Assembly (NCBI GenBank): GCA_028534125.1
Contig: CM052818.1
Coordinates: forward strand, 15,564,001-15,628,000
Direction: 5' to 3'
Source: Lama glama
Lineage: Eukaryota
Length of the DNA: 64,000 bases
Position 1 is the first letter of the stretch; each line of letters begins with the position of its first letter. The translations under genes were made by a program, and so were the position numbers. The notes beneath the pieces are model-generated. The model was not told where the DNA came from. It ran no database searches and saw only the letters and a list, made by a program, of their open reading frames with translations. Below are positions 12,341-26,029 of the stretch, piece by piece.

Positions 12341-13453
12341 GGCAAGGAACTACAGTAAGCTTCATAATAAAAAAGTAGAATATGATGCAAGTGATGAAAC
12401 AGGATTGGAAACAACAGGAAGTGGAATTTTAATTCTTTTTTTATAATGATAAAAGCAGACAAGTGGAGGTTTTTCAAGCAATACTGTCCTGAGAGAGAAA
12501 AGAAGTCTTAAGTCACTTGATTTTTCTCCCTATGTGTGGTTTTTCCCATAAAAGACCTCATCAACTGAGACGGTATTGTCCTCATAACGTTTTCTATTGA
12601 AGGAAATTCCAGAATTTTTTTCACTTGTTCATCAGAATATACATGATTATGTTAGGCAGTGCTCCTTTGTAACTCATTCTGAATTTCTTACTGCAGTTGA
12701 AATTTATTTCTTCTTGTTCAAGCCATTAGGATTGTGGGAAACTAGTGATAGTTACAGGAGAAAAAGAAAAACTTCTTCCTTTTATACTCACTGTTCTAAG
12801 TGAAAAATTACATTTTTAAAAAATATTCTTTGATTTGTACAGTAAGAAAAAAGGTGTCCTAAACCAGGTCACAGAGAAGTGTCACTGGTCGACTGATTTT
12901 CAGCACAGTGATTTAGTTAAGTTTTGGAGGCCCATTTTTGGGAATATGTGTCCTTTCCTTGAATCCTCTCATCGCTGTAATTAATAACTCCCATCTCTTT
13001 AAAAAATCTATTCCGAAGGCAGGCTCTGCCAGTATTTACATGAGCGAGTATGAATTTATTATATCCCTGTGTCTCTTTCCAATAGTTTCACTTTAGGAAA
13101 TTTTCCACTGTGGAGTCAAACCTTTTCCACCATTAGTGAGGGGAGAGTCATTCTAGAAGCCGGAAGGCCTTTTTAGTGCCTCTAAACTTTACCCGTTTCC
13201 TCCGTCTCTAAACATTTCCGTGAGGAAACAAACAAACTGTATATCCCAGGCCCTTCTCCTTGCTAGAAACAAAGTAGCTCCTCCTTAGTAATCAGTATGG
13301 GAAACGGTGAAGGAAAAGAGGCAGAAAACCAAGTAAGAGGAATGTAAATAAATAGTCTTCCAGCTTCGGACATTTTTTTATCCCCCCAGTTTCTCTCTGC
13401 TATCAGAAGATGAAGCATTTGAATGTGGATTTTCCCTGCCACAGCTTCCTACC

Positions 13454-14014
13454 TGTGTGGGCAAGAGATCCCTGGCCCGGAACATGGGACCCTTGGATCC
13501 TCTCTGACCTGAACGAGCACTACAAGTGAGATGCCACACTCTGCCCTGACTTCGATGGAGAACCCGCAGAAAGCGAGACCGCCAGTCAGCTCCGCCACTC
13601 ACACAAATCTAATAATAATTAGCAATCACTGGGGGAAATACAGGAAATCGTAAGTAGGTTAAATTGCTTTTTTGTTTTAATGCTCTTTGTTTGCCCTTGT
13701 TCTGGTTTGGAAAGCCCCCCCCCCCCCCCCGTGCCGTGAGGCTGCATTGCAGCCTTCGGTACAATTAAAGGCTCGGGAAGAGACTAAGGCTGAAAGAGCT
13801 CTCTCAGACAGAGCCTTTTAATTTTAGGGGTGGGTGAGCTGGGGCTCTGTAACACACTGAGATGGGGAGAAACACTGTGCCTCAGACAGTAAGGTAGCAT
13901 GTGGGGTTTTCCAGCCGCCCAGAAGATGATCTTGTGCATGTTCAGAGAAATGAACTTTGGAGGTTTTCTCTGCTCTGCTTCCAAATTGCCTAGGTAACTT
14001 GTTTTTTTCTAACA
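13454..14014 (-). mobile_element. Putative young solo LTR (unclassified ERV)
   Basis: On minus: starts TG (tgttagaaaa), TATA-like aattaaaagg at ~13823-13813, ATTAAA at 13676-13681, ends ...gcccacaCA; CpG-rich relative to flanks; no TSD found. Confidence 0.45.
13715..13730. repeat. C16 homopolymer
   Basis: 16 consecutive C. Confidence 0.95.
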
Positions 14015-14269
14015 AAGCCAAAGATAATGAAGTTTTGCTGCTCAGTATCATAAAATGCCTGGCAGCATGATGAAACTCTAAGTGGCTATAAATAGAGAGA
14101 TGGGGTGAAGGCCAAGTACTGATGGAGTGCAGACCAGAGGTTTGGGCAGGTGATCAGATCCAAAGAGGAGCCAGAGAGGAATAAGGAAAGGAGTAAGAAT
14201 TTTGCATCTGGGCAGAACCTGAGAAGTCTGGATGCAAAGGTTGACTGTAGCCTTCACGCCTGGCAGAGT

Positions 14270-14407
14270 CATCCATTTTTTTTCTTCAACATTTATTGAG
14301 TAAGTACTATGTGCCAAGTGTTGTACTACATCCAGGGGTTACTTAGGAGAATAACATGTGGTTATTCTCTACAAGAATATGGATACAGAAATGTAGGAAC
14401 TGATCAT
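14270..14407 (-). mobile_element. L2 3' fragment
   Basis: ttcaacatttattgagtaagtactatgtgccaagtgttgtacta. Confidence 0.7.
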
Positions 14408-14726
14408 TATATCCAAATAGGATCCAAATCAATTAAAAATATAGAATACAAGTAAAAACTGGCACTTGCCATCTGTCTCTACAAGGATTAAGTCACAAGT
14501 GACGGCAGCTGCTGACCTTCAACATACCCTGAAAGGAGTTCAGGGTGGAGATCAGGAATGAGGCAGGCACTCTGTGCTCTGAGTAAAACTGGCAGAACAG
14601 ATATTTTCAGGAGAGGATTTTATGGGCCCAGATTCTTGCATCGTCTCACGTTTAGAAGAGTAGTAAAATCATTAACAGAGACATCTGCTCCTCATGACTA
14701 GTGACAACGTCCTCACGCCTAGCAGC
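14408..14726 (+). mobile_element. Cetartiodactyl-type ERV1 LTR running into the assembly gap
   Basis: ccctgaaaggagttcagggtggagatcaggaatgagg...aaaactggcagaacag...ttcttgcatc...acatctgctcctcatgactag resembles recalled artiodactyl ERV1 LTR U3. Confidence 0.7.
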
Positions 14727-15226
14727 NNNNNNNNNNNNNNNNNNNNNNNNNNNNNNNNNNNNNNNNNNNNNNNNNNNNNNNNNNNNNNNNNNNNNNNNNN
14801 NNNNNNNNNNNNNNNNNNNNNNNNNNNNNNNNNNNNNNNNNNNNNNNNNNNNNNNNNNNNNNNNNNNNNNNNNNNNNNNNNNNNNNNNNNNNNNNNNNNN
14901 NNNNNNNNNNNNNNNNNNNNNNNNNNNNNNNNNNNNNNNNNNNNNNNNNNNNNNNNNNNNNNNNNNNNNNNNNNNNNNNNNNNNNNNNNNNNNNNNNNNN
15001 NNNNNNNNNNNNNNNNNNNNNNNNNNNNNNNNNNNNNNNNNNNNNNNNNNNNNNNNNNNNNNNNNNNNNNNNNNNNNNNNNNNNNNNNNNNNNNNNNNNN
15101 NNNNNNNNNNNNNNNNNNNNNNNNNNNNNNNNNNNNNNNNNNNNNNNNNNNNNNNNNNNNNNNNNNNNNNNNNNNNNNNNNNNNNNNNNNNNNNNNNNNN
15201 NNNNNNNNNNNNNNNNNNNNNNNNNN
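14727..15226. other. Assembly gap (500 N)
   Basis: Run of exactly 500 N. Confidence 0.99.
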
Positions 15227-18200
15227 TGAGATACAGAAAGCACTCCCTGGCCCTCCCCTGAGAAGTTGAGGGGAGACCGTCTGGTGGCCCCTCCAAGCAT
15301 TTCACAATCAATCTCACGTTTCATTAATCAGCCGTGGGCATTTGAAAAGGCCACCTGTCCTCTTCTAGTTGTTTCTTAAAATGAAAAATGCTGCCCTGGG
15401 TGACTCTTTGATGATTAATTTGAATATTTATTACACTATTTCTCATATTGTCATCAATCCCCCCACCAATATATAAAGTCAAAGGAGGCTTATAAAAATG
15501 TTATGTTCAGTAAAGACAACAAGGGGGAAGGAAGGGAAGAGAGCTGGGGGGAGAGAGAGAGAGAGGGGAGAGAGGGCAAGTGTTTTTGGAGCAATAAACT
15601 TTTCAAATGCATTTCTCCTGGTAAATCATGGTTTTTAATTTTTAGGAGAACCAGTTGTTAACTATGGATTTCATACTTGCTTTGTTTTTTAACTGTTAGT
15701 TTATCTGTTTACCTCTGAATGACGTCCTGATCAAATTGCAGTTTTGGTTTCTATGTCCACAGGGACCATTTTCCATTGCCCTATAGCAGGGTTGTATGCT
15801 GAGCCCCTACTCCCAACCAGCTGTGATAAGAGTATGTGAGCCCAGGGTTTTGTGTTCTCATATTCTCCCTTCTCACTGTCTCCCTCCCTCCCAAGTTCCA
15901 GATTCCTTGATTTCTTTAACTGTTCCAAAAGATTTGCCTAAAGATTAGTAAAAATAATACTCCAAATTAACGTCCCTGGGAAAGTTCACAAAGATTCATT
16001 GTAACAATCGCTCAAGTGACCACTGATAAATCCTCTCTGAAGGTAGCATATCATAGACTGGAGGCATTTACGAAATTTAGATTACCCTAATGGAAAATTG
16101 AGAGAAGGACAATGACAGTGAGAGTGGTTTTGGTTCTAAAGATGGACTTAATAGATATCACAGTTGGGGCAAGGGATGACCCCAGATAGGAGGTAATATG
16201 GATGGATCAAATTAAAACAATTTCCAATACAGGAACAACAGCTCAAAGAGGATGCTCATAATTGTGAATCATCCAAGCCATTTTGGTTGACACCACAACG
16301 TAGAGCTTAGCAGCTTCTGGAATCCACTTTACAGCCCAGTCATTACCTGGCACGGACCCAGGTCTCAAGCTTCATCTCCAGTGGATTAGAAGTCTGCCTT
16401 CAGTTACATCTTGAGTACTTTCACTTTATTTTATGGGGGAAGGAGAGCTAGGGAAAAGTCAAATCACATATTGGTCCAAAAGGTTAAATCTCCAGCAGAG
16501 ATTTAAAGGCAATGGGAGAGAAGGGTCCTCTGAGGGTATTTTGTGTGAGATGACCTGGAACAGATCCTCTGACTCACAATAACCAATTACTCCCTACACC
16601 TTGCTCTTTTTGAGCAGAGAGTATCAACAATTGCAGTTCCTGCAGGATTCAGTCATTTTAGCAGACACCCAGATGTGAAATGGGTGCTGATTACGCTTGG
16701 CACGTGAATAAGGTATTCTTCTTACATATGATGGAAGAACAATTCCAAATTCAAGGTACGGAGGCTCAAGGAAATAAATCAAAACCAAACAAAGCTCCCA
16801 TGTTTGTTAAAATTTTGGTAACTGAATCACATCTAGCCCTTCTTTCGGCTGCTCTAATAGCTGCCAATTAGAAGGAAACTCTAGCCTCTCTCTTGTATCT
16901 GAGCAGTAATCTATAGGGTAATTACATGAGCCCTGTGGTGAAAGTTTAGCTAACAAGCTTTTTTCTGCAGGGTGAAAAATTTATTATTTTGCTTGTGGCA
17001 AGGTCTCACTATGATATCAAAAAATGAATCCCATGTATTCTGTGGTTGAATTAATACATCCATTTGAAACTATTATTCTGCCTGTGAAAGAAATAGGCCC
17101 TCTTCATTCATATCTTGTGATTTTTGCCAATTTGTTTTTCAACTTCTCGCTACAACTTTATGTAAACCAGAGGCTTTAGAGTAATAAACAGACTGCCACT
17201 GCACTCCAAAAGGGAATGATTAAAATAGGCCCCCCAAAATTAATTATCACCACCTATAATAAAACTGTACACACAATATTTGGTGTATACTGACAGATTT
17301 TGAACTATATCAGAAAGTTGACTTGACAGAAAATAATATTTCTTAGTAAATCACTTTTTAAAAAAATTTTGGGGATGAAAACGTGTTCACTTTACCTTCA
17401 GTCACTTTGGTTTCATTATCTATTCTTCCAATTCACAACGAAAAATTGACTTGCCTTAAAATATGGTCCCATTTGATAGATGGATAACTTCATTATCTAA
17501 AACATACTTTGGCCCAATTGAAAAGGTATGAAGCTAGAAGTTAAACTTACGTTCTCAAATTGGATGGTGTCAAAACAAAACCATAGAATGTCCTTGAGTC
17601 TCAAATGCATTATTTGAATAATGAGAAAAATACCAACATTGTTGTAGGAAGTAAATGGTATAAACTTCAAAATATATTTTACAATTACAAGTGCAATGTA
17701 AGTATTGGTTAACATAGTACTGTAATAATCACAATAAACACAGTATCCTTTTAATGGAAAAAAGGGACAAATGAGCAATCTTATTCCCCATTTTATAGCT
17801 GGAACATACCTCATTTCACTAGATGACTATAACCATAATGAAAAATATGCAGCCTTTGTGTTTGTATTTTACAAGAAAGGATTCTTTGATTAACTTCCAT
17901 GCCACAACTACCTACTGAACCCAAACTACCCTACCATTCAATTCATAATCAATTAGAAAAAGAAGGGACATCATTAAGTTGCCAAAGGCACGTGAAATGA
18001 CTTGACACTGGAAATCTCCCCAGCTGAAATTTCTCTATATTAGATAGATACTAACAGATCCATCAATCCAATCTTGTAAAGAGTTTGAAATGAGTCATAG
18101 AGAATGGGTCACAGAGTAATGACATAGGAGCTGAGGGACCTGTTAAGTGGTGTCCATAAACAGAGATCTTAGGCAGTAGAAGGCATGAGGCCGTAAGAAA

Positions 18201-20079
18201 ATTGAAGCCATGGGTAACCAAGGACAGAGGCTAAGAAAGGAGCGGAGAATTCAGTAGTTGAGAGTGTAAACCATGAGGTAGGTAGGTATAACTGGCAGTA
18301 GGAAAAAAAAAAAAAACAAGCAGTGGAAGCAGAGCTAGAAAGTTCTTACCACTATGTAACAGAATAAGAAGTTACAAATTCTTGGTGCTGAAGGGACAGC
18401 AAGATAAGTTAATTTAAAAAACCTGCAGCATATAATAAACCATGGCTGATTAAATTTGACTAGATGACTTTTGAACCAACTCCTTGCTCTTCGTTGATGG
18501 GGATTAGCCAATAACTGCCATAAATTAAGTCAGTATCTCCAGTCTTTGCAACCTAAGAAGGCTTACCTTGGCACAATAGGACTTTGGCAGTGAGATCCAT
18601 ATTCTTTACCTCTAAAGTTAGACAATATGTTCATAAGATACCTAGGGACCAGTTTGTGGTTTTTCCAAGACTCTTACTCCCTTTTTGTTCAGCTAAATTT
18701 AAAAACAAAATAAATGAAACCTCCAAATATCTAATAAGAGCTAACCTCAAATTATCTAATCTAAAAATTATGAGTTGATCCTTCAGATTAGAGAGAAATG
18801 AAGACAAAAGGCCAAGGTTATAACCTGAAGTCAGACAAGTACACTTTAGAGACTGGCAGAAACATATCAAAAGAACTAAGATTTAAACCCAGTTCCCTGC
18901 ACCATCAAACTGACAGCTGTTGAGAAGTAGTCTTTTCAGCGGGTTAAAGTGTGAACAAATATGTCTTATGCTTACAGCCCATTACATTATTTAATCACCC
19001 ATATTCACAGTCATACTACACACACACACACACTTCTTCTTACCTCATTTGCTGCTCACAACCATATAAAGAGCCAAACTGAACTCTCTTTATTATCTTT
19101 TTGTCCAGGGAAGCAGCATGGGATGGTTAGATGCTTTGCCCAACGTCCTAGAACAACCCAGGAGACGTGGAACTCCCAGTCAGGAGCCTGGGTTCACAGT
19201 CCATTCACCTTTCTGTGGTGCCACACTCACCAGTCATGCCTGTCACAGACGTGTGACCTTAGGAAAGATTTCAAAGATTATTGGTAGAAGTATATTTGAA
19301 GATGCCTGGATTTTTGGAAGAAAAGTGCAACATGTGGGAGGTGTTGAAAAGAAAGGGCTCTGTGGGGAGGGAGAGAAAAGGCTATGCTCTCAAATTCCAT
19401 CGCTCTGTTCCCTGTGGAGCAGGCAGGGTGCCGTGGGCTGCACTTTCTTGAACGCATTAACCATCTAAGTCTCATGGGTGGTGGCCTTAAGCCCAAGGCA
19501 GTTCACTTTAGGGTTGGGAACATTTCCCCAACTTTCAACCAATGCTTGTTTCCCAAAGGCAGGGGGAGAATGGGATTTATTACTGAAGAGAGAATAAAGT
19601 TTTCTCTTCACAGAGATGTGACTGCATAGATACAGAACACTGCCCAGGAATCACAAATAACTACTGTGAACTGATGATGAGAAACCTTAGGAATCAAAAG
19701 AAAACACTAAGCTACAATTCTAGGGGAAAAAAATAACAGCATAGTTTTTAAAAGACACCAAGCATGAATTTTTCATTACTTTTGAGAGCAGCAGTATAGA
19801 TTTTTGGCAGATGAATTATTTTGTGGTAATTTCAGTGTCTTTCAAATACATGAATGGATAAAAAAGTTAATTTAGTTTGGGGACAAGAGTGATCAAGTTA
19901 TGTGAGATTGTTCTATGAATATTTGAATTCTAAAGATACCACTCTGAAACATTCCGCCAGATCAGTCTGTGGTGTGAGGACCCTTCCTTGATCCAGACTA
20001 TCAAGCACTCTGTCCGATACAGGTTCCTTTTTCTCTAGATCTTCTGTAAAACTGCTAACTTAGACCTTCCTTTATCACC

Positions 20080-21620
20080 AACTTGAAGACTGCCTTCACC
20101 TCTCTGGATATTGGGTCTTCTTTTTTGGTTACTCTCGTGAGCCCAGTAGCTCCCTCAGAAAAGATTCACAGAAGGTAATTGTTTTAGATCTTTCACATTA
20201 ACAATACCTTCACTCTACACTACACTAATGACTGGTATTAGTTATGATAGGCTAGGTATGTTACAGTGCTACATGACACGAAAATCTCCTTTAGACATGA
20301 GTCTCTATAACTTGACTCTCTAATTTTTTTCTTCCATCTCTTCTGTCTTTAACCAGTATTTTCGGGGATACCTCAAATTTATTTTTCACACTTTGTTGAA
20401 TTTTTTACATCTGTCATATTTTTATTTCCTATAGCTCTTGTTTATTCTCTTATTAATGTTCCTTAATAGGACATGGCCACCTGTTCTTGATTCATGGATG
20501 TATTTTCTTATCTGAGTATATTAATAATTTCTAAGTTTCTTATAAATTAATTTATAATTTGCATTTCCTTTAAATTATATATTTTTCTGTCTGTCTGCTT
20601 TGGTGTCTGACTTCAGTGCTGGAGATTTCCCTCAATGGTCCTTGGCTGACTCTAATATTAAACAATGAGAATTGAAAAGTTGACTGGAAACCAGAAGTGC
20701 CCCATGAAGTTTGTCAACCCTGGGTCGTCTTAGAGGTGAGTGAAATTCCATGATGGAAAAATATCACTGTACATATCTTTAGGTCTTTTTTTCTTGAGCT
20801 TTTCTGGTTTCCCAAGGCATAGTAATAAACACTTAACCAGTGCTTATTATATGTCAGAGTTCTAAGTACTTGTAAAATTCTAGTGTACTTAATCCCTATA
20901 ACTCTTTAAGAAAGGTACTATTTTTATTCCAGTGTTGTAGATGAGGACACTGAGATAAAAATAAGTCACTTGTCAAAGGTCACACAGCTAACGAGTGGTA
21001 CACAAACAGGCAGCCTGGCTCTGGTGTCCTCTACATCATATTGCCTGTCACATTCCCACTGGGAAGGTATAAGCTCAGAGTTCCCTGGGTGAAAAGGGCT
21101 GGGGTATCAACATTCTGTGTGTAGACAGGTATTCAATTAACCTGTGTTTTCTATAATGTATCCTTCCCTTTGGCACTGCCCGATGCCTCCTCTCATACTC
21201 ACCTGATTCAGAGACTACATGTTTTACCTTTTCTAGACAATAAACCTTCAGGCTTATGCAGGGTCATAGAAAGAAAGTTGTGTTACTTTTTGGCAAGGAG
21301 GGAAGATCTGATGTTTAAAGGCTTTTTAGGCAGACTTTTGACCAATTCTTTTTTTATTACACGTATGTTATTCTCACTTCCAGTGGAACCTGAATTTAGG
21401 AGCTTTGGGGTGTGTTTGTGTGTGTAAACCATGGTGTTTCACAGATTTCATCATTGCCAAGTTAGAATTATTTTGATGGGCTAAAATACTTACCAGATTT
21501 TTTTTGGCTTTCATTTCCCCAGATTTTATTATCATCCCATTTTGGATAATTTATGCTTTTAAAAAAACCCATTTACTATTTCAATGGGGTATTAGTAGAG
21601 AGCAGAGACAACTTTATTTT
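20080..21620 (-). mobile_element. HAL1/old L1 ORF1-type fragment interrupted by MIR
   Basis: ttgattcatggatgtattttcttatctgag and cttcagtgctggagatttccctcaatg resemble antisense HAL1. Confidence 0.5.
20825..21040 (-). mobile_element. MIR SINE
   Basis: gtagatgaggacactgag...aagtcacttgtcaaaggtcacacagcta. Confidence 0.85.
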
Positions 21621-21893
21621 TAATAGTCTATGTCAACTGGAAATTTGTTACGTATTTTTCATTCACAAACATCTATTTTAGATGAACTACCCTTCCAAGG
21701 CAAGAATTGGAACTAATCTTGGCAAATTTAGTTACAAGATATCACACCTGGGATTTGGGAGGGAGAATTACTATTTGCTAAGCATTTGGCTATATAGCAG
21801 GCAATGAGATAAGCAATTTAATCACCTTCACTTGATAATTTACTTATTCAATAAATGTTTATGTGCTGGATTTTATGCATAGATTCCAATAAG

Positions 21894-22114
21894 CAGTAGT
21901 TTCAACCAGGGCAGATGTTACCCCTAGGAGGCATTTGGCAACGTCTAGAGACACTTTAGTTGTCACAGCTGCTGGAGGTGGGGGCTTGCTCTGGGCATCC
22001 ATCCAGTGGGCATAGCTAAAAATGCTGCTAAACATTATACAATGCATAGAACAGTTCCCACAACAAAAACTGCCTAGGCCAAATGTCAGTAATATCAAGC
22101 CTGAGATACTCTGA
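21894..22114 (+). mobile_element. MER20 full-length MITE
   Basis: cagtagtttcaaccaggg...catttggcaacgtctagagacac...aaatgtcagtaat...gagatactctg with degenerate terminal inverted repeats. Confidence 0.9.
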
Positions 22115-22240
22115 AATAAAGTCTTGTGAAAGTAGTAACTGATTGAAATAAAAATGATGTGGTTTCTTGTACTAGTGCTGAATTAGCTACTCTTATTCTT
22201 GTACCCCTTGATTCTCTGATTTTATCAGAATAGGGGCTTC

Positions 22241-22757
22241 CATGTGGTGTGTGTATATGCATATGTATATACACATACACACACACAATGGAATACTACT
22301 CAGCCATAAAGAAGAATGAAATAATGCCATTTGTAGCAAATAATAGCATTTGTAAGACCTAAAGACTATCATACTAAGTAAGTCAGACTGAGAAAGACAA
22401 ATACCATATGATATCACTTATATGTGGAATCTAAAAGATGATAGAAATGAACTTATTTAGATAAGAAATCGATGCACAGACATAGAAAACAAATTATGAT
22501 TACCAAAGGGGAAAGTGGAGAGAGGGATAAATTGGGAGTCTTGGATTAGCAGACACAAACTACTATATATATAAAGCAGATAAACAACAATGTCATGCTG
22601 TATGGCACAAGAAACTATAGTCAATATCTTGTAATAAATGATAATGGAAAAGAATATGAAAAAGTATATATATATATATATAAATGAATCACTGTGCTAT
22701 ACACAAGAACATAACACAACATTGTAAGTCAACTGTACTTCAATTAAAAAAAAAAAA
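22241..22757 (+). mobile_element. L1 3' fragment with poly(A) tail
   Basis: caatggaatactactcagccataaag...cttcaattaaaaaaaa; diverged TSD agaataggggcttc (22227-22240) / agatgggggggcttc (22758-22772). Confidence 0.9.
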
Positions 22758-23600
22758 AGATGGGGGGGCTTCAACCACATTGCTCCTAGCCTGCTACTTT
22801 CTTTACAGCGTATTTTGGCTTAAAGAGAGGAATGTTTTCCTGTTTACCTTTCACTGTCCACTTTTGTCAAAATGGAGTAGAAGACTACTCTCCTGTAACT
22901 AAAGGTCAGCTACTACAGTAGGAATACAGATCCACAAGAACAACCCAAGATCCTCTGCCCCAGCCTTGAGAGCACGGGGCAGAAGATGTGGCGGAGGAAG
23001 TGGTCACTTTTCTGCTCTCACGGACATGGGAGGAAACAACCTTTTCCTGCAAAGAAAGCAAGCTCTTCGTGGGAATGTGGACACCAAGCTACCTCTGTGA
23101 ATTAAAGAATTGACTTCATTGTGTCAAAAATGTAATATAGATCCCACAACTGAAGGTTTCTAAAGTTGTTAGACTTTTTGACAAACATCTCATAGGAAAA
23201 AGTGTATTTAGGGGAAAACGTAGCAGTTTTCTGGAGTCATAAATGATTTATTGTGGAAGGGATTTGTTGTACCAGAGACCAAAAGATACCATAACAGAAT
23301 TCATCTGCCATAAAATTGTACAACTACTTTCAAATATAATGAAAAGTTCATAGCTCAATTTTTTCAACAGAGTTGGTATCATTTTCAAGTAGAGTGAAAG
23401 TCCTATGTCATTACCTTCAGTTTTAATGTGGAGAAAGAGAAGTTTTTTTATTTTTCTGTGAAATCTGATGTTAGTTTCATTTCTACTTGAGTGTCTCTTC
23501 ACTGTTCCATCCTGACCAACCTTCCCCTCATTTCACCTGCATCCTTAAGGACATCTAGGTCTTTCCTGGTATGACCTTTGGGCAGTGGGTCTTCATCACA

Positions 23601-23620
23601 GTGTGTGTGTGTGTGTGTGT
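23601..23620. repeat. (GT)10 microsatellite
   Basis: Direct reading. Confidence 0.95.
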
Positions 23621-24764
23621 TTCAAAATACAGGCTCATTATATTGACCAATTTGTATAATGCTACCAACAATTTTAAAAATAGGTTTTTTGTGTGTGTCG
23701 AGACCTCAATTAAGGCAAATACTTCTGTAATTATGTTATTCACATTTTGGCCCATTTCCTTACATAGCTATAAAAAAGAACATGAAATTACCTTCTACAA
23801 TTTTGTCTAAGTCTTTATCTTTTCCTCCTGAATACACTAATATCGTGAGTGCCTTTTCCAAGTAGAATATGATAAGAGGTAGTCAGTTTTCTCCCCAAAG
23901 AATAGATACTTGAAATAACACAATGGATAGTTAGGCAAAGCCTATTATGTTCTCCAAGTTAAACAGGAGGGTTGCCAGACCCAGCAGGAAACAAGAAGGC
24001 AAATTGGTGAGCATTTGTGTTTCAGTTCAAAAATTCTTAAATACTTAATCACATCAAAATGTTAGCCTATTCTTTGAAAAGGAAATGAATTTCCTGGGAC
24101 CTTTTATAACTCATATAATATAGCCTTTCTTAAGACTTTTTGGTACTTGAGTGATCATGAACATTTTCCTCAAATATTTTATATATTTCAATAATGTTCA
24201 GATAAACCTTTCCATAAAATTAATGAAAACATGATTCCAGGGATTCGTTCTGTGTATCTAGAACAGTTTGGAGTCATCCTTGAATGGCAAGATATCTTGT
24301 TTTACCATGTATGTTTTACATAGCCTGGAAAATCTTTATTTCCCATCCCCATTGAGGTGATGGGCATGTCAATGACCTTAAAACTTTGTGGGGCCTGCAA
24401 GTTGACAACAGAATCAATGACACTGCATTTGGCTTGATTAATCTTCTACTCATGTCTGTTTCTTCTCCAAGGTATATAATGTTAAATAAATCAGTCACGA
24501 AGGCTGAGCTTAAGAGGGATACTGGAATAACTGCTTTGTAAACTCTTAAATCAAGCAATCCAAAAACCAAGGAAAAATTCTGAAAGTGACACATAAGTTC
24601 TTGAACTGAATTTCATCTTTCTGTGGTAAAAATTGTTGACTTAAAGTCAAAAATGTTTCTGGGGGTGGGACAGGGAGATAAGCCAGCAACACAAGCTCTT
24701 GAGATCCTGCCTAGCACCTCTTAAGAGAGAACATAAAAGAAACACTGAAACTGCTTCCTTGAGA

Positions 24765-25020
24765 CCAGTAATATAATGCTTAGGAGCACAGACTATGAAC
24801 CAGACTGCCCAGGTTTAATTCCTATCCGTACCACTGAACTAATTATGCGACCTCAGGAAAGTTACTTAACCTCTCCTAGCTCAGTTTCCTCATCTGAAAC
24901 ATGAGGATAATAATAGTACCTATTTTGGAAGTTCTTGTATTACATGAGGTAAAAATACATAGACTGCATAGAACCACGCCTGGCGCACAGCACAACTCCT
25001 GTGAGTGTTTGCTCTTATTG
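24765..25020 (+). mobile_element. MIR SINE, near full length
   Basis: ccagactgcccaggtttaattcc...aagttacttaacctctc...tcagtttcctcatctgaaacatgaggataataatagtacct. Confidence 0.9.
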
Positions 25021-25439
25021 TTCTATCAGCTCAAGGGGGCCCAATCTAGGGTAAAACATGGAATGATCAAGGGTCTGGCTGATGCAGTGTGCACTGGATA
25101 GGCCTGCAAGTTTCCTCTTCTTGAGGGCTTTCTGTCTACCCATGAGGGGCCAAAGAACAAAACAAGAGGACAAGACCAGGGATGGAGAGATGCAGCTGAA
25201 GCCACCTGCTGTATCTCAGCACTGAGCCTGCTTCCCCCGAGGACAGCAACGACTTTCGGTAAGCTGACCCTCCATCTTCCTTTACCTCAGAGCTACATAA
25301 ATCCAAAATGCCTTACCAACTTTCTTTAAACAAGTGAGGCCACCATAATTTTTTAATTGGTGGGCTTCGTGGAGGTTTCTTTGTTACTTTTTTTCCGTAT
25401 ATAGCAAGACAGAGTTAAATGATGCCAGATAAACAAAAT

Positions 25440-25640
25440 CAGGTCAAATTGGACCAAATTCTAGATTTATCCTCCATAGCTCTGTAACTTTGAAGAAGTT
25501 ATGTATCTTTCCTGAGTATCTCCAACCCCCACTTCATAGTTTTGTTTGCATGGAGGATTAAATTACTTACTCTGTGTAAAATGACTCCTCTGGGGTCTTG
25601 CAGTGCCTAGCATATGGGAGGTACTCAATAAATACTAGAT
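25440..25640 (+). mobile_element. MIR SINE
   Basis: ctgtaactttgaagaagtta...ggaggattaaa...cagtgcctagcatatgggaggtactcaataaa. Confidence 0.7.
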
Positions 25641-25647
25641 AATCCTT

Positions 25648-25865
25648 TGCTGCAGAGCAAAGGTCAGGCAGGTTTGTTTGTAGCCCCTGACGAAAGATTG
25701 GTGTTCCCTCAGCTTGGGGTTCCTCGGCTGGAACTAAGCCCACCTTGTGAGCAGCGTCCACCTGGACCACTCTACCTCACCCCCCGGGAGCTGGGTTGGA
25801 GGGTAGCAACACAGACATGAAGCTCGTGCTAACTGCTGTGCTGTAATAACGTCCTTTGTCTCTGA
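25648..25865 (+). mobile_element. LTR40-like ERVL LTR fragment
   Basis: gagcaaaggtcaggcaggtttg...cttggggttcctcggctg...acatgaagctcgtgct...taataacgtcctttgtctctga. Confidence 0.7.
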
Positions 25866-26029
25866 AAAAGGGCTCAGGGAAAAAAACAACCTCTGAAAGG
25901 GAGATTTAATATGTCATGGTTGAAAGCTGTGGCAGGAGGATAAGGGAGTAGATTCATGCTTGCCGTCCATCAAGTCCAGTTTGTTCTAGACACTACTAAC
26001 ATGCCCTATGAGTATAAATATATGTACAA

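Noticed and set aside
14652..15324. Four long ORFs (186-221 aa) in the ORF track
   Set aside because: Artefacts of translating the 500-N gap.
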